Assembly (NCBI RefSeq): GCF_006345805.1
Contig: NC_042998.1
Span: 20,212,001-20,276,000 of the forward strand
Source: Octopus sinensis
Lineage: Eukaryota
Reading direction: 5' to 3'
Length of the DNA: 64,000 nt
The notes under the pieces were generated by a model. It saw nothing but the letters and a program-made list of their open reading frames with translations, did not search any database and was not told where the DNA came from. Shown piece by piece: positions 14,710 through 27,461 of the stretch; position 1 is the first letter of the stretch, and each line of letters opens with the position of its first letter. Made by a program: the position numbers and the translations under genes.

Positions 14710-15219
14710 TTTACATGTTCCGATTACTGGAGTGCGGTCATGCTGGAGCTCAGCTTTGAAGAGATTTTAGTCGAATGAATCGACGCCAGTACTCTTTTTG
14801 AAGCCTGATATTTATTCTATCGCTCTCTTTTCCGAACCGCTTGGCTACAGGGACATAAACCCACTACTAGCGGGTGTCAACACGTGGTGGGTGACAGACA
14901 GAGATACAATGACACATACACACACACACACACACCCACACACACACAGATAGATAGATACATACATACATAAATAAATACATACATACATACATACATA
15001 CATACATACATTCATACATACATACATACATACATACATACATACATACATACATAGTTATATACACTACGGGATTTTCAGTTTCCATCAACCAAATAAG
15101 AATTGGTTGGCTCGAGACAATTGCGTAAGTCACCTGCCCAATGTGCCCGCAGTAGGACTGAACCCATGACCAGGCTGTTGGGTGTGCAAACTCCTCACCA
15201 CACAGCCTCGCCTGCGCCT
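14710..15219 (-). mobile_element. Diverged SINE-A with internal (CA)/(CATA) tract
   Basis: Reverse complement of the head at ccacacagcctcgcctgcgcct. Confidence 0.8.
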
Positions 15220-15321
15220 ACTGATGATATATACAGAACTCCCTATTGACAAATTCCCACGAATTTTTTCACTTATTCACCCAATTCAGAAACACATTCA
15301 TAAATTCTATGTCCCATATTT

Positions 15322-15630
15322 CTTTTTGCCCTTTTCAAGCCAAGCCAGGTTCATGTGCCCGGTTTCCCGGTTTCTGTAGCGTATGTGTTCCTCCCAGCTG
15401 GATGGGACGCCAGTCCATCGCAGCGTTACTCAAGAAACAGGAAGAGAGTGCGAGAGAAAGTTGTGGCGAAAGTGTACAACAGGGATCGCCACCACCCCCT
15501 GCCGGAGCCTCGTCGTGCTTTTAGGTGTTTTCGCTCAATAAACACACACAGCGCCCGGTCTGAGAATCCAAACCGCGATCCTCCGACCCGACCGCGAATC
15601 TGCTGCCCTAACCACTGAGCCATTGCACCT
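15322..15630 (-). mobile_element. tRNA-derived SINE-D
   Basis: Minus-strand head aggtgcaatggctcagtggttagggcagc; body ends gatggactggcgtcccatccagc (V-domain-like) then an aaaccggg tail. Confidence 0.8.
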
Positions 15631-16741
15631 CTTCTATGTCCCATATAAAACCTACCAATTCGGTTACCACCCTTCTACTTTTAAAGAATGCAACCGTAAT
15701 TCTCTGGGCTAAGACCTGCAGTTTGTTTTTATCTGCATAAAATGTGTGATAAATCAAGCTGATAGTTATATTTTCAATATTAATGGCCTAGTGGAACTTT
15801 TTAAAGCGGGATATCTTAAATTCGATTGTTAGTTAAATGTGACAATTATCCATATTAACAGATTAATCAATACAGGAAAAATTCTTTTGGAGTTTCATGC
15901 ATAAAATAACAAAACAAGATAATCATTTGTGTCATAGCTTAAAGGAAACTGTCCGTTTGATTTTGCTTTTTAATTAGAATAACTTAATCAAGTAATAAAC
16001 TTTCATTTTGTTTGACAGAAACTCAATATGAGCTATATGTATGATTAGCTTTAAGTAATGTGGGTGGAAAATTCACATTATTAGCCTTGTTGCAGGCTTA
16101 AGAACTTGTTTCATTTAATTATCTTATAGTAGCACCATTTAGCTTCCGATGTAGAAAGAATTTCTTGATGCATTGTTGTTGTAGAGAACTGTGGCCAAAA
16201 TGTAAATTGTGTCTGCTGCGTTCCAGAGAGCAAGCTGCTATGTGGTCGCTTGACAGATATTTTAGAAATAGCAGTCGAATCGTCCTTAAGTTTCAACTTA
16301 CTAAATTGAGAAAATGGACACATTGAATAATATGACTTTGATTTCTCAACATTTAGGTATATAGATGCGATATTGAAGGGTGGAATGCTATGATGATAGT
16401 CCTATTTAATCGGGGCTAACCATGGTTTAAATAACAACAACAATGACGACTACTACTACTACTACTGCTGCTGCTGCTGTTGCTGGTACTACTACTATCA
16501 GATTGAGTAAAAAGTAAGCAACGTTTTGTACCATGAAGAATTTGTACCGGATTTTTGCATAGTTTTGAAAGTTTTAAAACATTTTTTTTTGCAATTGTCT
16601 GATAATACAGATATAGACTTGCCCAAATGCATCAATAAATTAACTTTGATATTTTTTTTCACCGTTCTTACAATTATCTGGAATGGAACTGTCAAAGCGC
16701 GATATTCGAGTAATTTTGCTGTTCATCTTCAAAAATGGACG

Positions 16742-17178
16742 TTATTATTATTATTATTATTATTGTTATTGTTAATATTATTGTTGTTATTGTTGTTATT
16801 GCTCTCGTCACTGCTTGGTATCGAACTCGGAATCTTGGGGTTAGTAGCCCGCGCTCTTCACCACTACGCCATATGCCCGAGGTTAAGAGCGGGTTATGGC
16901 GTAGTGGTTAAGAGCGCGGGCTACTAACCCCAAGATTCCGAGTTCGATTCCAAGCATTGACCGGAATAACAACAACAACAACAACAACAATAATAATAAT
17001 AATAATAACATCGAAAAATACCTTAGGAATGAGAAACCAGGTTCGAAATTCCCCCAAGACACCTGAAGAAGGCTGGAAGGTATATCAGCCGAAACGTTGT
17101 GTTAAGAACAAATAAGATGAGGACAAATATCCGTCGAATGTAAATAATGTACATAATTCCTCATCTCTTAAATATAGA
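16742..17178 (+). mobile_element. tRNA-headed element with palindromic duplicated head, (AAC/AAT)n linker and a pLTR-like 3' module carrying a hammerhead (HH-A)
   Basis: Inverted tRNA-like arms 16807-16878 and 16891-16961; 3' module 17029-17178 shared with 49561-49722 and 49096-49252. Confidence 0.8.
17058..17103 (+). ncRNA. Minimal type I hammerhead ribozyme candidate (HH-A)
   Basis: GACAC-CUGAAGA-A-GGCUG/CAGCC-GAAA-CG-UU-GUGUU; stem I GACAC/GUGUU; palindromic AACGUU stem III; predicted cut after 17098. Confidence 0.72.
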
Positions 17179-18378
17179 AGTGTATATTGTGACGAATTTC
17201 ATGTTTCAAAACGTTGCTTACTTTTTATTCAGACTGATATATCCGAAATGAACATACTGAAACTTAGATCGCCATTTTTCAGTAAATATATTTATTCTTA
17301 AAACTAACTTTTTTCCGTGAAGCTCTGTGATTTCAATGGTTCGCTGCACTAACAGAATGATGAGTCTCCAGAACATTATATTGATATCTTATTCAACCGT
17401 AAATTTATAACGGATGAAAATAAAGTCCTGTAGCTTTTCTAATTTCCTCAATGACATTAGCGACGTGAGCGAATTGAATGAGCTTTAACTGAAAACTGAA
17501 ATCCGCGAACAGACTTGGCATACTCGGAGTAGACTCGGATTATTGGCTGGCACTCGCCATACGCCAGGAAATTACCAAAAAAGATATTTTTGTAATTATG
17601 GAGTTGTTATAAAAACTTCAGTGGTATATAAAGAAACAAAATAGTAAATAGAATGTATTTCCAATAAACTTGGAAGTTTAGAAAAAGAAATTACGTCAAA
17701 TCTTTAATGATTAATCTTATTCAAAATAACACAGATATTAAAGAAAAAAAGAATTCATAAAACAAAATTGCGGTAAATTCAGTTTCTTCATAAATATTGT
17801 CTGAATAGTTAATAGAAACGTGTTTTTTTTTTATATATTTTTTTTTTATTCTTCTTTTCTTTAATTCAATTCAAAACAAAATCAAAACGAGTAAAAATAT
17901 AATTTTACGTAAGAAAGGAATTCATTTTAGAAAATACAATTTTCTTTCTTTCAGTGAATAATTTGTTGTTGAATTAAAATTTTCTACAGATATTCTATTG
18001 CTTGTAAAACGTCGGTTATGTAATGGTGTGTATATTATTTAGAGCACTTAGGACATCGTTGAGAGCTAAAGTAGAGGAGATTTCTAGTTCTGGTGAAAAA
18101 TACGAAAATGATAACAGTATTGACATATTTCGAGCACTAGACACATTTACTAAATCCAAAAAAAGAATAGTTTACCAATGTTTCCTCTCAAAAACATTTA
18201 ATAAAGCGAAAAACATTTAACAATACAAAACAATTATTCCTAACACAATAGACTCACTAAATACCACCCAAAATTCTTATTTCTAGGTATAACATTTCAA
18301 ATACAAAATGAACCCCAATCTCTAAAGTTACAGAAAATGTTATCCTTATCTATTTCCATTAAAAGTAGTCTAAAACGA

Positions 18379-18783
18379 AATATTCTTTTCTACTCTAGGG
18401 ACAAGGCCCGGAATTTGGGGGTAGGAAGGCCAGTCGATTAGATCGACCCCAGTGGGCAACTGGTAGTTAATTTATCGATCTCGAAAGGACGAAAAACAAA
18501 GTCGACCTCGGCGGAATTTGAACTCCAAACGTGAAAACAGACTAAATACCTATTTTTTTACTACCCACAAGGGGCTAAACACAGAGGAGACAAACAAGGA
18601 CAGACAAACGGATTAAGTCGATTATATCGACCCCAGTGCGTAACTGGTACTTATTTAATCGACCCCGAAAGGATGAAAGGCAAAGTCGACCTCGTCGGAA
18701 CTTGAACTCAGAATGTAGCGGCAGACGAAATACCGCTAAGCATTTCGCCCGGCGTGCTAACGTTTCTGCCAGCTCGCCGCCTT
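18379..18783 (-). mobile_element. SINE-B dimer
   Basis: Head at gccagctcgccgcctt, two body units, tail ttttctactctagg. Confidence 0.88.
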
Positions 18784-18865
18784 GAAAAGATAAGAAATTT
18801 TCTCTCAACACTGATCAATCTGCTTTCCTAACTCTGTCTAACGAGATTGACTTGATCTTTATTAA

Positions 18866-19237
18866 CATACTTACTTGTACTTGTACTTGTGGCGACATTC
18901 ACCCTGGGTGGGTTGAGTCGGCTTCTTCTACTCATGGAAGAAGTTTCGTGGGAATATATGGATTTCACAAGCGGTCCCCAACAATCCCGCATGTGGAGAC
19001 ATCCTGGTTGCCGCAGAGTGTCTGCAGACGCAGGGACAGAACGACCGAGGAGCCACGGTTGCCGAAGCAGACACTCCGAGGATTTTCACAAAAGCCCCTT
19101 CTGCCGGGTTGTGGCCCTAATACCGATCGGTGCCAGACCAATCCGCCTTGGGTGGCCCTACCAGGAACCGAAGTTCCCGACGGCATTGATCTGACACTAC
19201 CTGTTGCCAGCATCCCCACCACGGTGAGGAGGGGATG
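18866..19237 (-). mobile_element. Short GC-rich RTE (Rex3/Expander-like) non-autonomous derivative with (CAAGTA)n tail
   Basis: Minus strand starts catcccctcctcaccgtggtggggatg and contains cctggtagggccacccaaggc (recalled similarity to Rex3-type 5' UTRs); ends gccacaagtacaagtacaagta. Confidence 0.5.
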
Positions 19238-19911
19238 AATTAATACTCATCCACGCTTCTAATATATCAAAAGTTATGCTCTTTTATTTCATGAAGATGT
19301 CATTGAAGCTATGATTTTATGTAGCATTAGAAGCTCAGTCCATGACATTTCGTCCCATTTTTGTTTTAAAGTAAATACATACTTCTGAATTTATTGTAGC
19401 TCTGGTTTCTTTTTCATTTGATTTTGATAGTGCCTGCGAAATATTTTTCTAGAAAATGTAAGAGGTGTGCTAGATTTTTATTCATATCTCTTCTCAAAGA
19501 CATAAGCTATCCTAAGAATAGGTTTTCCTTTGCCTTTATAAATCCGCAATCTGTGGTAGCTGGAAAAGAATTTCGAAAATTCGAAACCTATTTCAATGTT
19601 CTTTCTCTAGAATTATTTATATATAACTCACACACAACTCCCTTCGATCCAGAAACATTTTGTAACATTAAACCGCTTTCAACTTATCACGTTTATCTTA
19701 CATAGATCTTATCATACTTCCCAAGTGTGTTGCTGATGTTCCAAGCAGTATAAACATGTAATTTCAGTCCATATATTCATAACGGATAAGATGATGATAT
19801 TCTATATTTTTACAGTCTAGGGAAGCAAATTAGTAACTCGAATTCAAACTATACTAATTCAAGAAGTTGAAAGTATTGAAGATGGGAAAGACGTTGTATA
19901 TACGACCGTGT

Positions 19912-20165
<254 letters not shown>

Positions 20166-20476
20166 ATCAAAGGTAATTTTATATCCATATTCAAGTGGAT
20201 ATACAGCACTTTCAGATTATAGTACTGTGTCCATGTAAATGCTATGACTCTTCCTCAAGTCATATATAATCAAAAATATATAATCCTGCTCGTCCATGGA
20301 TATCCTAAAACTTTCACATCAGTACACTGCAATCATTTGTGAAAGTTTCCTGCAAAATTGCGTTATTCATTTAAAAATATGTATTGTTCTAAGTCAGGGG
20401 GTAATCCTTAGTACAAGTGAGTGAAGTCAGTTTCTGTTTTCCTTTGAAGACAATTCATTCGACTTATTAATATCAT

Positions 20477-20579
20477 CTGCGATGGACTGGCGTCCAGCAG
20501 GGGGGAACACATACGCCATAGAAACCGGGAAACCGGGCCCATGACTGGCTAGGCTTGAAAAGGGCGCAAGAAGAAGAAT
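20477..20579 (+). mobile_element. 3' fragment of SINE-D
   Basis: ctgcgatggactggcgtccagc ... gaaaccgggaaaccggg ... ttgaaaagggc matches the reverse complement of 15322-15420. Confidence 0.7.
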
Positions 20580-21399
20580 TAATACCATGGGAATATATGA
20601 ACTATATTTTTTTAACTCTTGTCTTTTGATTAGTTCTGAGAATTATGTGCCTCATAATAAAATAAATCACGAATATGATTGCCATTTATCGATAAATATG
20701 TGTGTTTCGAACTGACGAAGGACGATTCTTCAAATCAAAACCAACTTGTGACAAAACCACAGCATTTGTTTGCTAGAATCCCAGAAGGAAATATAGGCTT
20801 TTTTTTTAAGAGAGGGTATGTAAATATGTAAATATGTAAGCATGTCAATATTTTGTTAGTCCTTTGTATTTTGAATTAAAATATGGCAAAATGTGATGAG
20901 GATTAAAAAAAAATTTAATTAAGGTATTCTGATGCAAAAACATATCTTTATATGTAAGATAACCTTCGTTATTTACTGGGGTAGAAGGAAGCCATCAAGA
21001 ATGATTGAATAACATGGCTGTCGTATCGTTAAATTAATATTCTGCATCACGAAAATGAGAAACGAATAGCAACCAAACACAAAGCAAGAGAGAACTTCAA
21101 AGATTATATTTCTTTTTTGACTTTCTTGACTTCATATTATATGAGAAGCAATACAAAAGGAGGAGGGCGGAATAATAAGACGGCAAGTACTACTCTCCAG
21201 AGCCGTTTCTATTCTCAAGCTAAAAACCAGAAGATATGGCGTCTACGGTTTTAAAATATGGTTAATTATTCCATTATTGACTATTAAAATAATTAGCGAT
21301 TGAAAAATAATTTATGTCAGTCAGAACTTCCCGTATCGATCTGACGTTCTCTTTTTCCACTCTCTCACTCTCTCTCAAACTGTCTCCCCCCCACACACA

Positions 21400-21439
<40 letters not shown>

Positions 21440-21741
21440 CTCCCTGTAGAAAATATAATACATTTAAATCACACGCACACAAACGTACGCATACATTCTG
21501 CTTCTGTCTGTATGTCTGTGGGCGTGCATACTCTCTCCGTGCATATATATGTACATATATATATAATATATATTATTATTTATTGTATAACATATATTAT
21601 TTATCGCATAATATGTATTACTAGCAGTTTAACCCGGCTTTGCCAGGGATTAAGTTAGGATTATTAAGATAATCAAGTTCTTTATTTCAAAACAAACTAA
21701 CATCGACGTCAAATCTGGGCGAAATACGTTGAAATTGGTTT

Positions 21742-21800
<59 letters not shown>

Positions 21801-22005
21801 TCAAAATGTGACCGCGTGTGTACCGTTGGCGATTTTTTTTCCTCTGTCTTCCCTTCTCTGGATCTTTCCTTCTCTTATGTTTCCGACAAAGAGCTCCGCT
21901 CGAAACGTTAACCCTCCTTCTTTCCTGAGCGTCCAATAATACTATATTTGTTCCACGTCCTCGCGTTGTTGTGTTTTCTCTTTGTGTTTTCATGTTGGGA
22001 TTAAC

Positions 22006-22006
<1 letters not shown>
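21801..22006 (+). mobile_element. ~205-bp pLTR-like repeat (HH-B) in (TA)n; hammerhead 21879-21912 with a degenerate core (CCGACAA)
   Basis: Same element at 42766-42981 and 51017-51222; GUUU-core-A-GAGC/GCUC-GAAA-CG-UU-AAC. Confidence 0.75.
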
Positions 22007-22071
<65 letters not shown>

Positions 22072-22128
22072 GATACAATTGGTAAGATAACAAAAGAATG
22101 AAAGAGAGCACGCACTGCTCTCTCACTC

Positions 22129-22161
<33 letters not shown>

Positions 22162-22266
22162 CGAAAAATGTTATCATATGCACACCGTGGTTAGGTTCAT
22201 GCTCATTCACAAATGCAGCCAAGACTTTAATGTCATAATTTGTCTCTCTTATTATGTCTCTTGAAG

Positions 22267-23454
22267 TTAAATCCTTAATTTGACGGTTTGTTTTGGCAGT
22301 CTTGAAACAAACTCTTGCAAATTTTTGCCTCCCATGGCCGAAACTTGATCCTCAATTTCAATCAGTGCTAGGTTAAAAATCGTTTCAGAGAACTGAATAT
22401 TGTTATTTGGGTTAGCCTGTTGAACTGCATACTTTAAATCCTCAGCCATGTCCTCACAATGGCACATCCAAAGCTGTAGGAGTCTGCCAAGTTGGCGCAT
22501 GTTCAGTATAATTGCAGAAAGACTACGGAGTTTCCTTGGAGAATCTGATATTGATGCTTCAGTCAATGCAAGGTCCGAATGCTCATCATTTTCTAAAACA
22601 AAATCTGTCTGATCGCATGCTTCCTTATAAGTTTCACACACATGACCATTTACCCTCTTCGGATCTTGAAATGGTTTGGGACCACGTACTTCATGCAAAA
22701 GAAGCCGTAAGTAGTAGCATTGTGCTTGGCTTGGGGGGGGGGACACTGTAAACACTTGTAAGAGCATCAGCCCTACATATCCTCTTGTGCCATTTATTGT
22801 TTATACATGGGTTATTGTGTAATACATGGGTAATTTAGTTAAAGGAGTTTTCTTGCATCTTGAACTACTTGACACAACTTAAAAAAGGCAATAAGGGTGG
22901 CTTCTTTTGTTGCAAGCCTGTTTGTTTTGTAAAGATAACCCTGTGACCATTCTCTAGATCAGTGGTTTTCAACCAGGGTTCCGCAAGAACTTACAAAACT
23001 GCTAAAATCAGCAGTAATTTTCAATTCTCCTGTGCAGATATGTGTGCATAAAACTATTAAATTATTGCACAGGGGTTCCTCGAGCCATTGTTTCTTTGGG
23101 GTTCCGCTCCAGCAAAAAGTTTGAAAAACACTGCTCTAGATGGACACTCAGATGAATTTTGGCTGCGTGCCTCTCATGAATGGGAAAATTGAAGATGCAC
23201 TAAAAAGCCTCGTTGGTACTCATGTATCTTCCTCTGTCATACTGTGCATCTTCGTCATCTTTATTCATCTGCTGATTGCCATTCTGCATAAGAATGTATG
23301 TTGCAGATTCTTTCTTTATATATTTGCAAACATACTTAACAGAGTTAAGAGTGTTGCAGAATTCAACATTGATTGTGGCTAACTGTACTCGTCTTTGCGT
23401 TTCTCTAGAATACTGATCATCTACATCCATCCCCACTCCTCTGTGTAGGAACAT
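22267..23454 (-). pseudogene. Helitron RepHel remnant with stops and frameshifts
   Basis: INVEFCNTLNSVKYVCKYIKK, GRYMSTNEA..FPIHERH..IHLSVH|LENGHRVIF, CYYLRLLLHEVRGP, LENDEH..LTEA..SPRKLRSL. Confidence 0.88.
22960..23133. mobile_element. 174-bp hAT (Charlie-type) MITE inserted in the Helitron remnant
   Basis: Imperfect TIRs CAGTGGTTTTCAA / TTGAAAAACACTG; perfect 8-bp TSD CTCTAGAT at 22952-22959 and 23134-23141. Confidence 0.93.
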
Positions 23455-24406
23455 TGTTCTCGGAAACTTTGTCGAAAATTAAAATGATGTCTAAATGAAA
23501 AAAAAAAACGAGTTACGTGAATATCTTCACAAGATTGATTGAAATAAATGGTGATTGTGGAACTCCTACGACCGCACGTCCGCACACACACACACACACA
23601 CACAGAGAGTATCAAACATCAGATGAAATGGATGTGATAGAGAAAGAGAAGAGGTGTGTTGTCATGTATACGTACATACAGAAATAAATATGCATACGTA
23701 TTTTTTGTATGTATGTATGTATGTATGTATGTATGTATGTGTGGGTGAGAGAGCGAGTGAGTGAATGCCACTCTCTCTCTCTCTCTCTCACACACACACA
23801 TACATACAAAAAATATGTGTGCATATCTATTTATGTATGTAAGTATACATGACAACACACCCTTTGATTGACTCACTCACCCTCTCTCTCTCTCTCTCTC
23901 TCTCTGTTACACACACACACAAACACACACATACATAGATGTATACAAACGTACTTACAAAGGTGCGTGTGTAACTGATTTGTGTGTGAGAAAGAGAGAG
24001 GGAGGGAGAGAGAACTTTGCAAACAATGAATGAACTAAACACGAAATAAAAAGATCGTATAAATAAAAGTTCTTATACTGAATATTTGAATTGGTGAACT
24101 TAGTAAATATTTCTTTCAGTAATTTATCGTAGTTGTTTGCAAATGGAGAATTAAAACTTGAAATGAAAACATCATAATAGAGAGTGAAAGGTCTTGCAAA
24201 TGAAAACGGAAAATTTCGCCGTTGCTACGTCTATAGCGGAAGTTGACATTGAGAAACCTTTGTAAAAAAGGTGAATCATATATATAAAGCAATATTATTT
24301 ATTTTTAATAAACTAAATAATAAACGGAAGACTCAAGAATAGAAGAAATTCGTGCTGCCGTTTTCGCGTGAAAAGGAAATACACATACAGGTTTATTTTA
24401 TATAAG

Positions 24407-24448
<42 letters not shown>

Positions 24449-24540
24449 TATATATATATTGCATTTCAAACCCAAGCTGTTATATTTAATTTGTTTATCC
24501 GCATAATTGCCTCTCTCTGTTTGTACAGTCATATATCGTT

Positions 24541-24814
24541 GTTTGTTCCTTCTCGAGCCATCCCTGGCTCATAAGGGCCGGTTTCCCGGTTTCCTTGGCG
24601 TATAGATCCGTCGCAGGTGAGCTGCAAGATGTAGGAGGAAAGAGTGAGAGAAAGTTTTGGCGAAAGAGTCAGCAGAAGGTCGCCATTAACTTCTGCTGGA
24701 GCCGCGTGGAGCTTAGGTGTTTCGCTCATAAACACAAACATCGCCCGGTCTGAGATTTGAACCCGCGATCCCTCGAACGCGAGTCCACTGCTCTAACCAC
24801 TAGGCCATGTGCCT
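24541..24814 (-). mobile_element. SINE-D with variant 3' end
   Basis: Head (reverse complement) ctctaaccactaggccatgtgcctcc; body shared with 15322-15630. Confidence 0.8.
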
Positions 24815-24838
24815 CCACGTACTATCATATATATATAT

Positions 24839-24959
<121 letters not shown>

Positions 24960-26140
24960 ATATATATATATATATAATGAATATGCACACACATATATGT
25001 GTGTGTTTGTGTGCATGTGTCTAGGTATACATCCGTTCATACACGCAAACATACGTACATTTATAACATGAGTTTATGTTCCTGTGATTGTATTTATTAC
25101 ATAGTTTTTATATATATTATGTATCTTGCGAGAAGTAACAGTCAAATTCCCCTCAAGTGTCACTCTCCTATTGCTTTTAATGTACATATTGCACCATGAA
25201 GTCCCTGATATATGCAGAAAAGATGACCATGGATGAGACGCCTTTGTTCGGTTAGAGCTCATACGAAATTAAACAACAACATTAACACCTTTTTCACGAT
25301 TCGTCAAAGAAAACTGTATGTAGTCGCTCGATCTGCTAAAAATATTAACCAGTTCTCACTCAACTGCCTTGAAAACAAGATGTCATTGACCAAAGTGACT
25401 CTAGAGACATTGTGATAAAAAAAATAGCAAAAGACGGATTAGTCACAGCAAAACAACTTTGATCTCATAACACATACTTTACATTTGACTGCGCTCTCTT
25501 TCCTCACAACAACAAGTGCTTTTACCATGGAAATCGGAGATTAAACTTGTTTACTAAAACAAATTTGTCTCACATACTTAACTGCTTTATTGTTTATCTC
25601 AATACTACCCGTGCAGGCCTATGATCAAACGCATTATAGCAGGCGTGTCACTTTCTTTCCTAATGCGTTAGAAAGCGTTAACAAAATTTAACACGAGACT
25701 AAAGCAAGAATAAGTTTCGGTCACTTAGAGCACCAATGTACCATCACATGATTTGCTTGTAATTTGGTTTCAGTTTTAATAATTCACAAAGCTAAACCTA
25801 GATTAAATGTGACTAAAATCGTATTATGTCTAGAAGTTGCCTGAAGTTTATATATATTTACTTTGAGACAATGTAATGCTGAAGACTAAATTCTCCAGCA
25901 TGTACTTAACTTTTTTCAAAACATTCGTAAGGTGAGACATTAAGGGAAATGTGGTTGTGATTTCCAACAGGTTTAAAGAACTCGTAGCGACTCTCATTCT
26001 GTCTCGCTTTCAAGTTTATTGTTCTTCTTTAGCCACGGTTGAATCTTCATTGAACAGAATTATGAGCAATTGTGACATGACCGACTAGTATAAGTAATGG
26101 CTTTCCTGTGTTAAAACAGTACGTTACTATTTGAAGGTTG

Positions 26141-26511
26141 TAAGGCGGCAAGCTGGAAGATACGTTAGCACGCTGGGCGAAATGCTTAGCAGTATTTCGT
26201 CTGCCGCTACGTTCTGAGTTCAAATTCCGCCGAGGTCGACTTTGCCTTTCATCCTTTCGGGGTCGATTAAATAAGTACCAGTTACGCACTGGGGTCGATA
26301 TAATCGACTTAATCCGTTTGTCTGTCCTTTGTCCTCTCTGTGTTTAGCCCCTTGTGGGTAGTAAAGAAATAGGTATTTCGTCTGTCTTTACATTCTGAGT
26401 CCAAATTCCATCGAGGTCGATAAATTAAGTACCAGTTGCGTACTCAGGTCGATCTAATCGACTGGTTCCCTCCCAAAAAATTTCGGGCCTTGTGCCTAGA
26501 GTAGAAAAGAT
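26141..26511 (+). mobile_element. SINE-B dimer with 13-bp TSD
   Basis: tatttgaaggttg at 26128-26140 and 26512-26524. Confidence 0.9.
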
Positions 26512-26606
26512 TATTTGAAGGTTGCTTAGCAGCGATTTCTAGCAGCTTAATCAACAACGGAAAAACCCCTTGATGGTAAGTCTGACTTTTGTTACAATTG
26601 TAACAA

Positions 26607-26867
26607 GTGAAGGCGCGTGGCTTAGTGGTTAAGGGCATTCGGAGTTCAATTCCGCTGTGTCCTTGAGCAAGACACTTTATTTCACGTCGCTCCAGTCCAC
26701 TCAGCTGGCAAAAATGAGTAGTACCTGAATTTCAATGGGTCAGCCTTGTCACACAATGTGTCACGCTGAATCTCCCCGAGAAGTACGTTAACGGTACACA
26801 TGTTTGTGAAGTGCTCAGCCACTTGCACGTTAATTTCACACTAGTCGTCGCAACCGACGGAGTGCTC
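26607..26867 (+). mobile_element. tRNA-derived SINE-C
   Basis: Head gaaggcgcgtggcttagtggttaaggg, gtccttgagcaagacact, tail ccgacggagtgc. Confidence 0.8.
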
Positions 26868-27371
26868 CTTCTTGTAACAAGTACTGAAATGGTTTATAAG
26901 CGAAGACGTCCCATACATGGTCACCTCTCTTTATTTTCAGCGATTGACAGACAAATTGAGATTCAATCGGAAGGAAGCACGGATGTTTGACAAAGAATTA
27001 TTACACCTGTATGCGTATATATACATAAGTGCGTGTATATGTGTGCATGTGTGCACTTATATGCATATGTATCAGATAGAGAGAAAGAGAGAAAGAGATG
27101 TGAGGAACTGCCATACTTGAAGTGATGAAGCTAAAATACTTTCCAATTAACTAAAATTAGAATAAAGTTCATTAGCGCTAATAAACAAATTTAGTATGGA
27201 CAATGGAATGAAATCTTACATTGTTAGGAGCTAGACTGTAGTTGATCTTTGATAGTTGAGTTGTTAACTCTGGACATGTTTTTGTTTTGTTCGACTTCCG
27301 AAAGAACGGTAAAATATTCATTGGTGTTTTTATGTAAAGTAACGGTAATGAAAAAATTATAATTTTTCTAT

Positions 27372-27461
27372 AGAATTCTATAGTTAATAATGATATTCCT
27401 AAGAATTCTATAGTTAATAATGATATTCCTAAGAATTCTATAATTAATAATGATATTCCTA
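27372..27461. repeat. 30-bp tandem repeat x3
   Basis: agaattctata(g/a)ttaataatgatattccta at 27372, 27402 and 27432. Confidence 0.9.

Noticed and set aside
16891-16961. Functional tRNA gene
   Set aside because: Acceptor and T stems do not pair and the anticodon stem is only 3 bp; it is a tRNA-derived element head.
18886-19237. LTR retrotransposon core (TGGCGAC PBS-like start, GAGGAGGGG PPT-like end on the plus strand)
   Set aside because: No flanking LTRs or gag/pol motifs; a minus-strand RTE-like reading with a tandem-repeat tail fits better.
20708-20745. CUGACGA-A-GGA hammerhead-like start
   Set aside because: No GAAA or convincing stems downstream; chance or too decayed to support.
21619-21650. 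ACTAGCAG..CCCGGCTTTGCCAGGG Helitron-type terminus as the end of the 22267-23454 Helitron
   Set aside because: It is on the opposite strand to the RepHel remnant and has no linking sequence; at most a separate tiny fragment.
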